Numbered from the stretch's first letter, positions 31,301 to 42,249 are shown. The stretch is DNA of 64,000 nucleotides from Microcoleus sp. (GCA_042408215.1 JAYFMW010000007.1:128001-192000), one strand, 5' to 3'. Notes: generated from the sequence alone by a model not told the origin. Translations and numbers: made by a program.

Positions 31301-33783
31301 TCACCCAGATTTAAAGAGAGCGCAAAACTCAAGGGATAATTCTCCTCCCAACTTGGGGCTGGTAAAGTGTTGCACCCAGTTTGAAAAAAAGTCTTTGCAG
31401 CTTCAAAAGCCGAAGCTGCTTTAGCCATTTTACCTGCTTGTAAATTTAATTTTGCTAACTCATAAAGTTCTTCATAATTAGCAATCAACCCGCGAGCCAA
31501 GTTCAAATGATTGACAATATCAAAGATTTTTTCTTGGCGTTCAGCTTCATTGGTACTCTGCAACAACAAACGTCCTAACTTCAAATGAACTGGTTTTTTC
31601 TGGGCATCAGGAATCATGAGGTAAGCGGCTTGTTGCACTCGATCGTGCAAGAACTTGTAGCGCACTTTTCCGGCTATTTTGCCCAATTTTTCCAATTCCT
31701 GCGGCTCCAATACTTGCGGTAGTCGATAGGTGTTATCTACAGGCAAAATCAACCCTACTTGCAGTGCTTCCCACAAATCTTGTGCTGTTTCAGTCAAAGA
31801 TTCTTCGCTGGCGATCGACAAAATATCCAAAGTAAATTGATGGTCTATGCAAGCGGCTAATTGTAAAACTCTTTGAGTTGCAATTGACAATTTTTGAATT
31901 TTTTTCACCATCAAAACAACAACATTTTCGGAAATTTTCTGCTGCTGAATTTGTTGAATATTCCACTGCCATTCATCCGATTCTGGATGAAATTTTAGGA
32001 AGTTTTCTTGATACAAAGACCTCAATAATTGTTTGAGAAAAAAAGGATTTCCGGCGGTTTTGTCTAACAATAATTTTCCGAGAATTGCAGCTTTATTGAC
32101 TGAACAATTCAGAGTTTCAGACACTAATTGATTGACCTCAGAAATTGCTAAGGGTTTCACTGCTATTTCTGTCATCGGAATTCCTGTTGTCCGAATTGCC
32201 TCATTTGCTAGCATCAAGGGATGCGTTGGACTGACTTCATTATCCCGATAGGCGTTAATCACTAGGAAATAAGGGTTTTTTGCCATGCAATTGTGTTGAT
32301 ACATATTGACTGTTCCAGCATCTATCCACTGACAGTCGTCGAGAAATAGTACCAAGGGATGTTCGGCAGTTGCTATGGCGTGGATTAAATTTTGCATGAC
32401 TCGGTTGAAGCGGTTTTGAGATTCAATAGCACCGAGTTCGGGTACGGGAGGTTGCGGGCCTAAAATTAACTCTAATTCGGGGATGGCATCGATCGCAATT
32501 TGAGCATTTACATCCAAAGCGTTTAGGAGTGTTGCTCGCCATTGTGCTAACTGAGTTGGGCTTGACATTAAAATTTGATTTACCAAACTCCTCATGGCTT
32601 GATTGAAAGAAGCGTAGGGAATATTGCGCTTAAATTGGTCAAATTTACCAGAGATAAAATAGCCGCGCTGTCTGGTTAAATCGCGAATAATTTCATGGAC
32701 TAATGCTGATTTGCCAATGCCTGAATATCCCGATACTAGGACTATTTCACTGCCGCCTTTGCTAACTCGATCGAATATTTGTAATAGTTGTTCTACTTGT
32801 TTTTCACGTCCGTAAAGTCTTTGGGGAATCGACAACTGGCTCATGGCATCGAGTTGGCCGGGGATCAAGTCGGAAATTAGACCCTGACTTTGAATTTGAT
32901 TTTGGCACTGTTCTAAATCTGCTAACAATCCTGTGGCGCTTTGATACCGATCTTCGGCATTTTTTGCCATGAGTTTTTCGACAATTTGTGCTATAATGGG
33001 GGGGATTTTAGGGTTTAATTCAAGAATTGGCACGGGTTGTTTGGCAATGTGACAGTGTACCAGTTCTAAGGGTTCGCTGCTCTGAAATGGTAATTGTTTT
33101 GTCAGCAGTTCGTAAAAGGTGACACCTAGAGAATAGAAATCGCTGCGGTAGTCTAGGTCTCGATTCATGCGCCCAGTTTGTTCTGGGGACATATAGGCGA
33201 GGGTTCCTTCTAGTCGATCGGGATTTTTTAAGTTTTGCTGTTCTTGATTTAACCGCGAAGCGATGCTAAAGTCCGTGAGTTTTACTTGCTCAGTTTCAGG
33301 ATTGATGATAATATTTGCAGGTTTGATATCTTTGTGAATAATTTGCTGTTGGTGAAGGGATATTAAAGCTTTTGCCAAGGACACGGCAATATTGAGAAAC
33401 TGGGTGATTGAGAATTCGCAATCCTTGGCTGGTAATGCTATGTTTGCGATTTTTTGACGTTCAGGATTTGAGGGATATCCTAGGCTTGTCATCCATTTTC
33501 TCAGCGATCGCCCTCCAAGATCTTCTAAGATTAATAATAAGCAATTTTGATGATTTTCGATTCCATAGACTTTGATGATATACTGAGAGTCGAGATGTTG
33601 AGTAATTTGATATTCGTGCTTGAGTCTGGCGATCTGGTCTAGGGTGGGACAGTCGGTGTTTAAAACTTTGAGAATGACAAACTGTCTGTCGGCTGTCGAT
33701 ACTGCCCGATAGATAACTGTGTGAGCTCCTTGGTGGATGAGTTCTTGCAGCTCATAACCAGAAAATCCTGCAACTGGCAGCAT
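28357..33783 (-). CDS. Hybrid Ser/Thr kinase - AAA ATPase - GAF - histidine kinase
   Basis: HKDIKPAN, YMSPEQTGR, GYSGIGKS, GNPFF, FLHDRVQQAAY, AHEVNNP, GTGLGL. Confidence 0.95.
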   Translation of the reverse strand: MLPVAGFSGYELQELIHQGAHTVIYRAVSTADRQFVILKVLNTDCPTLDQIARLKHEYQITQHLDSQYIIKVYGIENHQNCLLLILEDLGGRSLRKWMTSLGYPSNPERQKIANIALPAKDCEFSITQFLNIAVSLAKALISLHQQQIIHKDIKPANIIINPETEQVKLTDFSIASRLNQEQQNLKNPDRLEGTLAYMSPEQTGRMNRDLDYRSDFYSLGVTFYELLTKQLPFQSSEPLELVHCHIAKQPVPILELNPKIPPIIAQIVEKLMAKNAEDRYQSATGLLADLEQCQNQIQSQGLISDLIPGQLDAMSQLSIPQRLYGREKQVEQLLQIFDRVSKGGSEIVLVSGYSGIGKSALVHEIIRDLTRQRGYFISGKFDQFKRNIPYASFNQAMRSLVNQILMSSPTQLAQWRATLLNALDVNAQIAIDAIPELELILGPQPPVPELGAIESQNRFNRVMQNLIHAIATAEHPLVLFLDDCQWIDAGTVNMYQHNCMAKNPYFLVINAYRDNEVSPTHPLMLANEAIRTTGIPMTEIAVKPLAISEVNQLVSETLNCSVNKAAILGKLLLDKTAGNPFFLKQLLRSLYQENFLKFHPESDEWQWNIQQIQQQKISENVVVLMVKKIQKLSIATQRVLQLAACIDHQFTLDILSIASEESLTETAQDLWEALQVGLILPVDNTYRLPQVLEPQELEKLGKIAGKVRYKFLHDRVQQAAYLMIPDAQKKPVHLKLGRLLLQSTNEAERQEKIFDIVNHLNLARGLIANYEELYELAKLNLQAGKMAKAASAFEAAKTFFQTGCNTLPAPSWEENYPLSFALSLNLGEAEYLNGNNDEALAIFDRIIPKTHTLLEQCLVNELKMTCLRMKNDLSAAYNLGVETLQSLGMEFEAYPDDDFLASELAKTKAMIGGSIADLADLPTLTDPLLLAAHRILKELFPIAYFTNPNAQFLCAMKFVQASIEYGNCRISAFGYTLYAFTLITKYREIEAGCAAGQLSLNLYERWNIKELGPCIFHMWGALTLHYIQYIDECKSFMLKAFNSGIETGAYQWSGYASINYLWVSFFGNESLQKSTEIADKFIPVLSKIDRNMLAYHLLNKNAIAQLTCTLEAAQIPQTFIDDEALLKSAESSADLTTIFVIYLYRLTVANWFGEVNLALEYALAGAEFLKGGAGHFVNPVFRFHHAIALASAFTNASDSDRKLYREKLNISLEEFRDLAKHSPANYQHKYLLIQAEIARLSGNNYAAAEYYDQSIASAIENGFIQNAALANELATRFYLAQNRYNSAKIYLNDARFCYLQWGATAKVNQLEQSHPDWFQKICDRQITVTTTASTSADANILDLGTVMKASQTISSEIVLEKLLKKLLYIILENAGAQKGSIILEQDGQLCIEVLDTNKHNSSIFQPSTLLTNSSDLPISVIQYVAMTQQPLILTDAAKQTIYQSDLYIQNTQPKSILCAPILYQGKSMGVVYLENNLVAGAFTSERLKLLQILTAQAAIAIENARLYAGEQEKSRQLEAAVIELQQTQAQLVQTEKISQLGQLVAGVAHEVNNPVGFISGNLHHVQEYVGDLINLLNLYQENFPEPGQKIEDEIESIELEFLLEDLPKTTASMKLGIDRIRDIMQSLRNYSRTDTAEKRAVDIHEGIETTLMILSHRLKANQARPAIKIIKYYGELPKLRCYPGQMNQVFMNLIANAIDALDEFNAGKTYAKIDKNPNTITISTLGVCQKEQQIMDTLVIRIADNGQGMPESVIEKLFTPFFTTKAEGDGTGLGLSICHQIVTEKHGGTLECFSSLGKGTEFVISIPI

Positions 33784-34026
33784 GGGTTGTCCTTTTCAAG
33801 TTGATAAATCACGTCCTTATTCTAGGATGCCACATATTCAGCAAAGTTGAATGAGGGGCGATCGGCTGGTCAATCGATTTGAGATTTGAGATTTGAGATG
33901 GGAAATGGCAAATTACAAATTATCAGAAAATGTCGATCGCCAAAAAACTGTTAACTTTCCTTACAATTTCGACAGTAGGGTAACAGTCAGGTGATAGGAT
34001 GCCTGAAAAATCCTTTGGATATATCT

Positions 34027-34452
34027 ATGGCAGAAGAACTCACTGGACAACCCCCTATTTTCGGCGGCAGCACCGGCGGCTTGCTGACTAAGGCCCTAGT
34101 TGAAGAGAAATACGCGATCACTTGGACTAGCCCCAAGGAACAGGTGTTTGAAATGCCGACTGGCGGCGCTGCAATCATGCGTCAAGGCGACAACCTGCTG
34201 TATCTGCCCCGGAAGGAGCAGTGTATCGCTTTGGGCGGCCAACAACTGCGGTCTAAGTTCAAAATCACGAACTACAAGATTTACCGTGTATTTCCCGACG
34301 GTTCTAATGAGTACCTGCATCCCAAGGATGGCGTGTTCCCTGAGAAGGTGAACGAAGGTCGTGCGTACAACGGTAAGATTGACCGCAATATTGGCAGCAA
34401 TCCTAATCCGATCAAGGTGAAGTTCACCGGTAAAAAGACCTACGAAGTTTAG
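34027..34452 (+). CDS. psaD: Photosystem I subunit II
   Basis: [38 protein letters not shown]. Confidence 0.98.
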   Translation: MAEELTGQPPIFGGSTGGLLTKALVEEKYAITWTSPKEQVFEMPTGGAAIMRQGDNLLYLPRKEQCIALGGQQLRSKFKITNYKIYRVFPDGSNEYLHPKDGVFPEKVNEGRAYNGKIDRNIGSNPNPIKVKFTGKKTYEV

Positions 34453-34612
34453 GTTTCGATCTAATTGCTGGGCTGGTTCGGGGAGTATTTCCTGAAAAGC
34501 TCAGCTTGCATTTTCTGGTTTGTAGTAGCGCTTGGGCGGGGGAGGGTCAACCTACAGCGCCCAAGCGCAACTGCAAACTTCCCATCTAATTAAAAATTAA
34601 TAATTATCAAAA

Positions 34613-35473
34613 ATGAAGGTGGAAATCAGGCGAGCAACTCCTGCGGATGTTGATGCTTGTGCTCGGATTAATTATGAAGCTTTTAAGGGTGTTTCCGATC
34701 GCCATCAGTTCCCTACAGATTTTCCGACGCTGGATTTGGCAACAGAAATCACCGATATTTTAATCAACAGCCCGTCGTATTTTGACATTGTAGCTGAAAG
34801 CGAAGGCTCGGTTGTGGGCTGCGGTTTTATGGACGAACAGAACCCGATTCGCGGCATTGGGCCAGTTAGTGTCGATCGCACTTTTCAAGGAAAAGGAACC
34901 GGAAGAGAAATCATGAAAGCCTTACTGGAACAGGGACAGGAGGCTGTCGGCATTCGCCTAGTTCAGGAATCTTTTAACTTGGCATCCCTGTCACTATACA
35001 TTTCTCTGGGTTTTGAGGTGAAGGAACCTTTGGTATTGATGGAGGGGAAATTTCGCAGTCAGCCCCAGTATGGGTTTGAGGTGCGGCCGCTCAGGAGTGA
35101 AGATGTTGACGAATGTCAGGCTTTGTGTAATAGAGTGTATGGGTGCGATCGCACTTCCGAGATAGAATACGCCCTGAATAACCTTTCTCCCTTAGTTGCC
35201 ACCAAACAAGGTCGGATTGTGGCCTATACTTGTGCGGTGTCTGCTTTCGGCCACAGCGTCGCCGAAACTGAAGCGGCTATGCAGGCTTTACTGTTGGGTG
35301 CTGCTGCGTATAGTCCCGGAGAAGTGCTTTGTTTCCACTTACCGGTGCGTTATGCAAGCTTGTTTCGCTGGTGTTTGCAAGAGGGGCTGCGCGGGCTCAA
35401 GCCCCTGGCGGTGATGGCAGTTGGCGAGTATCAGCAGCCTGCGGGATGTTGCTTTCCGTCCTATCTTTATTGA
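34613..35473 (+). CDS. GNAT family N-acetyltransferase
   Basis: VSVDRTFQGKGTG acetyl-CoA motif, SLYISLGF. Confidence 0.88.
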   Translation: MKVEIRRATPADVDACARINYEAFKGVSDRHQFPTDFPTLDLATEITDILINSPSYFDIVAESEGSVVGCGFMDEQNPIRGIGPVSVDRTFQGKGTGREIMKALLEQGQEAVGIRLVQESFNLASLSLYISLGFEVKEPLVLMEGKFRSQPQYGFEVRPLRSEDVDECQALCNRVYGCDRTSEIEYALNNLSPLVATKQGRIVAYTCAVSAFGHSVAETEAAMQALLLGAAAYSPGEVLCFHLPVRYASLFRWCLQEGLRGLKPLAVMAVGEYQQPAGCCFPSYLY

Positions 35474-35494
35474 TTGTATAGCTAAGTTATATAT

Positions 35495-37049
35495 ATGATA
35501 TTTCCAGATTTCTCACAATTCTCCGAACTGGCGAAACAAGGCAATTTTGTGCCGGTGTATCAAGAATGGGTGGCTGATTTAGATACGCCAGTTTCTGCGT
35601 GGTATCGGGTATGTGCCGATCAACCTTACAATTTTCTGCTGGAGTCGGTGGAAGGTGGGGAGAAAGTTGGGCGTTATAGTTTGTTAGGGTGCGATCCGCT
35701 GTGGATTTTGGAGGCTAAGGGCGATCGAACAACTCAAGTTTACCGCGACGGTTCCCAAAAAGTATTTACGGGCGATCCATTTGCGGCTTTGACTGAGTGT
35801 TTGGAACCTTACAAACCGGTGAAATTGCCACAGTTACCGCCGGGAATTGGCGGGTTATTTGGTTTTTGGGGTTATGAGTTAATTAAGTGGATTGAGCCGC
35901 GTGTTCCTGTGTATCCGGCGGGGGAAAAAGATTTGCCCGATGGGTTGTGGATGCAGGTTGATAATTTGCTGATTTTCGACCAGGTGAAGCGGAAAATTTG
36001 GGCGGTGGCTTATGCGGATTTGCGGGATGTTGGGGTTGATTTAGCTGAGGCTTATCAGCAAGCGTGCGATCGGGTTTCTCACTTAGTCGATCGGCTGAAA
36101 TCGCCACTTTCTGCGGCAATCTACTCTCATAGAATGGACTCCTCCCAATAACTGGCAAGGTGCCCGTTCCACAACCGGAAATACAGAAACAGAATTGGCT
36201 TATACCAGCAATACTACTCCAGAAAAGTATTGTGCCAATGTCATAAAAGCTAAGGATTATATCAAAGCAGGAGATATTTTTCAAGTAGTTATTTCCCAGC
36301 GTTTGGAATCTGAATACAGCGGCGATCCTTTTGCACTTTATCGCTCTTTGCGTTTGATTAATCCTTCTCCGTACATGGCTTATTTCAATTTCGGAGATTG
36401 GCAGATTATCGGTTCGAGTCCAGAGATTATGGTGAAGGCGGAAAACACGCCAGATGGCAAGAGAATCGCAACTTTGCGCCCGATCGCCGGGACTCGCCGC
36501 CGGGGTAAAACTCCCCAAGAAGATGATGCTTTGGCGGCTGAATTGTTGCAAGATCCGAAGGAAATTGCCGAACACGTCATGTTAGTTGATTTGGGCAGAA
36601 ATGACTTAGGCAGAGTTTGCCGCAGCGGTACGGTAAAAGTTGATGAATTAATGGGAATTGAGCGTTATTCTCATGTAATGCACATTGTGAGCAATGTGGT
36701 GGGAGAATTGGCTGAGGATAAGACGGCTTGGGATTTGTTGAAAGCTGGTTTTCCTGCGGGTACGGTTAGCGGTGCTCCGAAGATTCGGGCGATGGAAATT
36801 GTGCACGAGTTGGAAGGTTGCCGCCGGGGCCCGTATTCTGGGGTTTATGGGTATTATGATTTTGAGGGACAATTGAATAGTGCGATCGCAATTCGGACTA
36901 TGGTTGTTCGTTCTTTAGGTGATGATAAACATTCGGTTTCTGTGCAAGCCGGTGCTGGTTTGGTGGCTGATTCTAACCCGGAAATGGAATATGAGGAAAC
37001 TCTTAATAAAGCGAGGGGGATGTTGGAGGCCATTCGCTGTTTGAAATAG
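35495..37049 (+). CDS. trpE: Anthranilate synthase component I, split by +1 frameshift near 36118
   Basis: [56 protein letters not shown]; second frame is open from about 36120. Confidence 0.93.
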
Positions 37050-37164
37050 GGAATTAGGGCATTGGGCATTGGGCATTGGGCATTGGCGAGGCGGAGCCTC
37101 TGGATCTGCGTTACTAGGCAGAGCCTGGTAACGAGAAAACGACAAATCAGGAGACGGCAGTGCC

Positions 37165-37362
37165 CATAGGTGTCAACTTAAGGCTGAAACTCTTGAGAAA
37201 TCTGGGTTTTATCCCAAGTCTAGATCCCCCTAAATCCCCCTTAAGAAGGGGGACTTTGAGAAGACTCCTGTCCCCCCCTTTTTAAGGGGGGCTAGGGGGG
37301 ATCTAGATTTAATCGTCAAACAGCAGTCTCTGATTGGGTTTGACCTTAAGTTGACACTAATG
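37165..37362. mobile_element. 198-bp MITE of the GTGTCAACTTAAG family
   Basis: cataggtgtcaacttaagg ... ccttaagttgacactaatg; same length as the 13901-14098 copy. Confidence 0.85.
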
Positions 37363-37454
37363 GGCTCTTGGCAGTGTCCCTACAAGATTATTTGGGAGTA
37401 GGGAAACGGCATTGCCGTGTCCGACTTTGCTGACCATTTACCAAAAACATAATT

Positions 37455-38339
37455 ATGAATTTTTACATAGTTGACGTGTTTGCCGAGTCAAAATATGCTG
37501 GCAACCAGCTAGCCGTATTTTGCGGTGCGGGAGTTGCTGAGCTATCTGAGGCCCAAATGCTGATGATAGCAAGGGAAATCAATTATTCGGAAACCACATT
37601 TGTGCGATCGGCCGAAATGCAAAACGGCGGCTACGACGTGCGGATATTCACCCCCAAAAAGGAATTACCCTTTGCCGGTCATCCCACATTAGGAACAGCA
37701 TTCGTTTTGCAACAAGAAATTATCAAAAAACTTGTAGAACAAGTTATTTTAAATCTAGCAGTCGGTCAAATTCCAGTTACTTTCAACTATCACAATGAAG
37801 CCGCAGATATTTTATGGATGCGACAAAATCCGCCTAAATTTGGTCAAGTTTTATCAGCCGAAAGTCTCGCAAACGTGCTGAATTTAGAAGTCGATGAAAT
37901 TGATTCTAGATTCCCAATTCAAGAAGTTTCTACGGGAGTACCGTTTATCATTGTACCATTAAAAACTCTCGCATCCCTCAAAAAAGCTCAAGTCAACTTA
38001 GATAAATATTTTGAGCTGATTGAGACAACAGAAGCCAAAGAAATTTTGATATTTTGTCCAGAGACTTACAATGATATTAATGACTTGAGCGTGCGAGTCT
38101 TTGCCCATTCTTTAGGAATTCCCGAAGATCCGGCCACCGGGAGTGCAAATGGCTGTTTGGCTGGATATTTGGTAGAATATGCTGATTATGGCGCAGAAAA
38201 GATTGATGTGAGAGTCGAGCAGGGTTATGAGATTAATAGACCTTCTTTGCTGTTGTTGCAAGCTCAAAGAAATCAAGGTAAAATAGAAGTGTTGGTAGGC
38301 GGAAAAGTGGTGATGGTTGCTAAGGGGGAATTTGTGTAG
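37455..38339 (+). CDS. PhzF family epimerase/isomerase
   Basis: VDVF...GNQLAV, NYSETTF, ELPFAGHPT, EDPATGSA. Confidence 0.93.
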   Translation: MNFYIVDVFAESKYAGNQLAVFCGAGVAELSEAQMLMIAREINYSETTFVRSAEMQNGGYDVRIFTPKKELPFAGHPTLGTAFVLQQEIIKKLVEQVILNLAVGQIPVTFNYHNEAADILWMRQNPPKFGQVLSAESLANVLNLEVDEIDSRFPIQEVSTGVPFIIVPLKTLASLKKAQVNLDKYFELIETTEAKEILIFCPETYNDINDLSVRVFAHSLGIPEDPATGSANGCLAGYLVEYADYGAEKIDVRVEQGYEINRPSLLLLQAQRNQGKIEVLVGGKVVMVAKGEFV

Positions 38340-38533
38340 AATCCGCAAATCAAATAATCGTAAATACCTGTAGGGGCGGGTTTTACCAACCATAATGGTC
38401 AAAAACCAACAATCTTGTAAACCCGCCCCGGCCGCAACTTCTGTGCATAACTTCTGTTAATATGAGCTAGCTCATATTCATTAATCCGCGTTAGTGGGAT
38501 AATGAAAGTGTCATCTTTACCAGATACTTTCCG

Positions 38534-39010
38534 ATGCTAGAAACATTTTCTCGGTGTTTAAATTTATCCCCTGAAGCTTCAGAAGCCCTGCTTTCACTTC
38601 CATTAACCACTGTGCTCGATTCACCGGAGCTCAGTCAACTGTTGGGAAGTCTCGATACTAATTTACTCAAAGAAAGCTTACCTACTGCTGGGGCAGTTTT
38701 AGCCCAACATCTCCCACCTTTTTACGACTGGTTGCAAACTGAACTAGGCATTGAAAAAGTCCCTGACAGTCCCGATCATACTACTAAATGGGTAGTCGGT
38801 TTTTTGAGAAATCAAGAAAGTTTAACTCGTTTAGTTGAGTTGCACAAATCGATTCCTAGACCGGCATTAGAACGATCGATTCCTCGTTTGGTTGGTATAT
38901 TTAAGGATGTGACACCCCTTGAACTTAAGCAAGAATGGGAAAAAGCGGTTGCAGCACTTTGTTTGGTACTCGCCGTAGCAGCCCGCGAAAATCAGCCATC
39001 GGCGGTATGA
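38534..39010 (+). CDS. Hypothetical helical protein
   Basis: 158-aa ATG ORF with natural composition. Confidence 0.7.
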   Translation: MLETFSRCLNLSPEASEALLSLPLTTVLDSPELSQLLGSLDTNLLKESLPTAGAVLAQHLPPFYDWLQTELGIEKVPDSPDHTTKWVVGFLRNQESLTRLVELHKSIPRPALERSIPRLVGIFKDVTPLELKQEWEKAVAALCLVLAVAARENQPSAV

Positions 39011-39027
39011 AGGGATTTGGTGCGAGT

Positions 39028-39876
39028 TTAGGTAAAGCGGTTTTTTCGGAAAATTTGTAATTGAGTGCGATCGATCTGAACTACCACTGGTTTTCGCTTG
39101 TTTAGGACGATCGCATTATGTCTATTTAGCAAAATAAATTGAGCCAATAGTACCACCAATACTCGCCGTTTCCGAAACTTTCCTTCAAATCTGGCCCTTC
39201 GGACGATCGCCTCTTCTATTTTATACCACCAGTTTTCACCTTTCTCGGAAATTACAAAAATTGTTCCGGGGATATAATCGCCTCCATTTGCCCAGAAAGC
39301 ATACCTTTCGCCTAAAGTAAAGTAATGAAAAACATTAGTAGCTGTAGAAGTCTTCGCTAACTTTTCACAAACGCCCAAAGCATTAAAAGTGACAGTCGAT
39401 CGAATATAATCTGGGTATTTTGCTACTATTTGTTGAGCGACTTTCCCGCCCAAACTTTCTCCGATGACATCCGCCGGATTCCCCCTGGCCAATTGCTGCT
39501 TAATCCAATCAATAGCACCCACAGTTTCCGCCGATTTCAACTGCCGCCTGAAACTGGCAATAAACACATCTGGCGTATCTTCCAAAACGCGATCGAAAGG
39601 ATACCACGAACCGTACCCGCGAATCACCAAAACCGGTGGATGATTAATAGAAACAGGAACTCTACCTTCAGCATAAAAACCCGTATCAGGACGTTCAAAC
39701 ACTTTTTCTACTAGATAATCATGTATAATTTCCCCCTCTTTGTGCCGAATATAAATTGAAGGATTACTGGGTTTGAAAGTATCGTGCAGTTGAGGTTTAG
39801 CAAACTTTTCGTAGATGGCATCTAACGAATGTCTTCCCGTTTGAGAATCGACAAAATCCGATTTGGTTGTTTTCAT
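39028..39876 (-). CDS. Alpha/beta hydrolase (lipase-like)
   Basis: TGFYA, LVIRG, GESLGG nucleophile elbow, TVTFNA. Confidence 0.75.
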   Translation of the reverse strand: MKTTKSDFVDSQTGRHSLDAIYEKFAKPQLHDTFKPSNPSIYIRHKEGEIIHDYLVEKVFERPDTGFYAEGRVPVSINHPPVLVIRGYGSWYPFDRVLEDTPDVFIASFRRQLKSAETVGAIDWIKQQLARGNPADVIGESLGGKVAQQIVAKYPDYIRSTVTFNALGVCEKLAKTSTATNVFHYFTLGERYAFWANGGDYIPGTIFVISEKGENWWYKIEEAIVRRARFEGKFRKRRVLVVLLAQFILLNRHNAIVLNKRKPVVVQIDRTQLQIFRKNRFT

Positions 39877-40106
39877 TATTTGCTAGGGGCGGGTTTTACC
39901 AACAATATTTAATGAATACAAACAATCTACATCAACCAGCCCCCACACAACGAATAATCTCAATCAACTTTTACTTAGATCAAATGCGAAAAATGTACGC
40001 AGGGATTTACCCTTGGGCGAGGGCGGGTTTTAGAGATTGTCAATTATTGGCAAATATTGTAGGTAAAACCCGCCCCTACTATGCGAAAACAGTGCCCGAT
40101 CGACTT

Positions 40107-41405
40107 TTACAGAACTCGCAGAATGCTCGCAATACTATGGATTGATTCCATCGCCCTAATTTCATCAATAGCCTGTTGGAAATCACCTTCGCTAACATCA
40201 TAAGTCACGACCACAATTTCTGCTAAATCGCCGTGAATTCCCGTCTGCACAACAGATTCTAAACTAACTTTGCGATCGCCGAAACAAGTGCCGAGTTTAC
40301 CAATTACGCCCGGATGATCCAGCGTCAGAAACCGAGCGTAAAATCGCGTTACAAGTGCCTGCATTTCTGCAATTTTGCAGTAGTGTTGGTGAGTGCAACT
40401 CAGCAAAGGATGGGGAATAGGAACAGTTTCGGTTTTCAGAATAGCCGCAATATTCATTATGTCCGATACTACCGCGCTAGCTGTGGGCCCCGCACCGGCA
40501 CCGCGCCCGTACAACATCAATTGTCCGATCGGCTCTCCTTCTACTAAAATTGCATTGTAAACACCATTGACACTCGCCAGCGGATGAGTTTTCGGGACCA
40601 AGGTAGGATGCACTCTAATTGAAAGCATTTCTGTATCAAGTGTTGACTTGATATCTTGAGCAATAGCTAGCAATTTAATCACAAATCCCAGCTTGTCTGC
40701 ATAGTCAATATCAGCCGCACTAACTTGTCTGATACCTTCGCAGTAAACATCTTTTAAATTGATGCGTCCGCCAAAAGCTAGGGAAGCTAAAATAGCTATT
40801 TTATCCGCAGCATCTAATCCATCTACATCGGCTGTGGGGTCAGCTTCAGCATAACCTAATTCCTGTGCGTCGGCGAGCACTTCGGCAAAGTCTGCACCTT
40901 CTGTTTGCATCCGCGTCAGGATGTAATTAGTTGTGCCATTAACGATGCCGATGACTGTTTGAATGCGGTTTGCACCCAAGGATTGTTTGAGAGTTTGGAT
41001 GACTGGAATGCCGCCGCCGACAGCAGCTTCTAACATTACATAAACGCCTTTTTCGTTGGCGGCATCGAAGATTTCGTTGCTGTAGCGGGCAATAACTGCT
41101 TTGTTGGCGGTGACAACGTGCTTGCCGCTAGCAATAGCTTGCAGAATGAGCGATCGCGCCGGTTCCAATCCCCCGATCAATTCTACTACAATATCAACTT
41201 CCGGGTCAGTGACGATCGCTTCCAGGTCAGTTGTCAGCACATTTTCTGGCAATTGTAAAGACCGAGTTCGAGAAATATCGCGCACACCCACCCGATAGAT
41301 TTCCAATTCCTGCAACAGCGGATGACGGCCATCTGGGGAGAGCAAAATCTCTGCCGTTCCCGCGCCCACAGTACCTAAACCTAGCAAACCAATTTTGAAA
41401 GCCAC
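40107..41405 (-). CDS. hom: Homoserine dehydrogenase with ACT domain
   Basis: GLGTVG, VVTANKA, EAAVGGGIP, NGTTNYIL, GYAEADP, GAGAGPTASAV. Confidence 0.97.
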   Translation of the reverse strand: MAFKIGLLGLGTVGAGTAEILLSPDGRHPLLQELEIYRVGVRDISRTRSLQLPENVLTTDLEAIVTDPEVDIVVELIGGLEPARSLILQAIASGKHVVTANKAVIARYSNEIFDAANEKGVYVMLEAAVGGGIPVIQTLKQSLGANRIQTVIGIVNGTTNYILTRMQTEGADFAEVLADAQELGYAEADPTADVDGLDAADKIAILASLAFGGRINLKDVYCEGIRQVSAADIDYADKLGFVIKLLAIAQDIKSTLDTEMLSIRVHPTLVPKTHPLASVNGVYNAILVEGEPIGQLMLYGRGAGAGPTASAVVSDIMNIAAILKTETVPIPHPLLSCTHQHYCKIAEMQALVTRFYARFLTLDHPGVIGKLGTCFGDRKVSLESVVQTGIHGDLAEIVVVTYDVSEGDFQQAIDEIRAMESIHSIASILRVL

Positions 41406-41511
41406 GACTTTGACCCGTAAAAACTCAATTAACCTACAATCATTGTAAAATATTTTGGACTCAAGTATCTTAATTACTAGATATCTGTTGGAAAAATGCC
41501 GACAGTTACTA

Positions 41512-42249
41512 TCACTTAATCAGTGAAATTAACAAAACCCACACTGAGACTATCACAATTGCCAGTTTTCCTTGCCTGATCAATTGCTGTTGATCTTGCT
41601 CCATTTTTTTTAACAACCGCTTCTGGTTTTCTTGGTGATGATATCTCTCAAGTTTAAACGCCACCTCGCGCCCTTCCTGAAGCTCGCGGCGCAGCTCTTT
41701 TAAACCCGCAGATCCCCCTATTTCCTTGATTAAAGACTCAAATAATGTATAAAGCTCATTTAACTCTAGTTTTTCTTGCAAAAATTTATTGTATGTACTC
41801 TCATTCTGTTCAGTTAGCTCACGAATTTCTTCCAATTGCGTCAGAGCTTCACTTTTCGCACGGGATATCCCCACCTCTATAACTTCTACGATTTCTGCTT
41901 TCGCCGTTTCTACACGGGATATCTCCACCTCAATAACTTCTGCGATTTCTGCTTTCGCTGTTTCCGCACGGGATATCTCTGGTTGAACTTCACTTGTCGC
42001 ACGGGATATCTCTAGCTCAAATTCGCTTTTCGCACGGGATATCTCTAGCTCAAATTCGCTTTTCGCACGGGATATCTCTACCTCAATAACTTCTGCTATT
42101 TCCGCTTTCGCCTTTTCCGCACTGGATACATCTAGATCAACTTTTCTTACTTGCTCAAGCACCTTATTAGCTGCTGTGATACCCTCACTAATCTTTTTCG
42201 AGAGAAGATCGAGTTGACCGGCTATTTCAACATCACTTTGCATTTTCAC
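41512..42249 (-). CDS. Coiled-coil protein with EISRA repeats and C-terminal TM anchor
   Basis: EISRAKSEFEL repeats; LAIVIVSVWVLLISLI at the C-terminus; GGAGG RBS. Confidence 0.8.
   Translation of the reverse strand: MKMQSDVEIAGQLDLLSKKISEGITAANKVLEQVRKVDLDVSSAEKAKAEIAEVIEVEISRAKSEFELEISRAKSEFELEISRATSEVQPEISRAETAKAEIAEVIEVEISRVETAKAEIVEVIEVGISRAKSEALTQLEEIRELTEQNESTYNKFLQEKLELNELYTLFESLIKEIGGSAGLKELRRELQEGREVAFKLERYHHQENQKRLLKKMEQDQQQLIRQGKLAIVIVSVWVLLISLIK

Noticed and set aside
35883..36575. 230-aa minus-strand ORF
   Set aside because: Antisense to trpE with no recognisable motif
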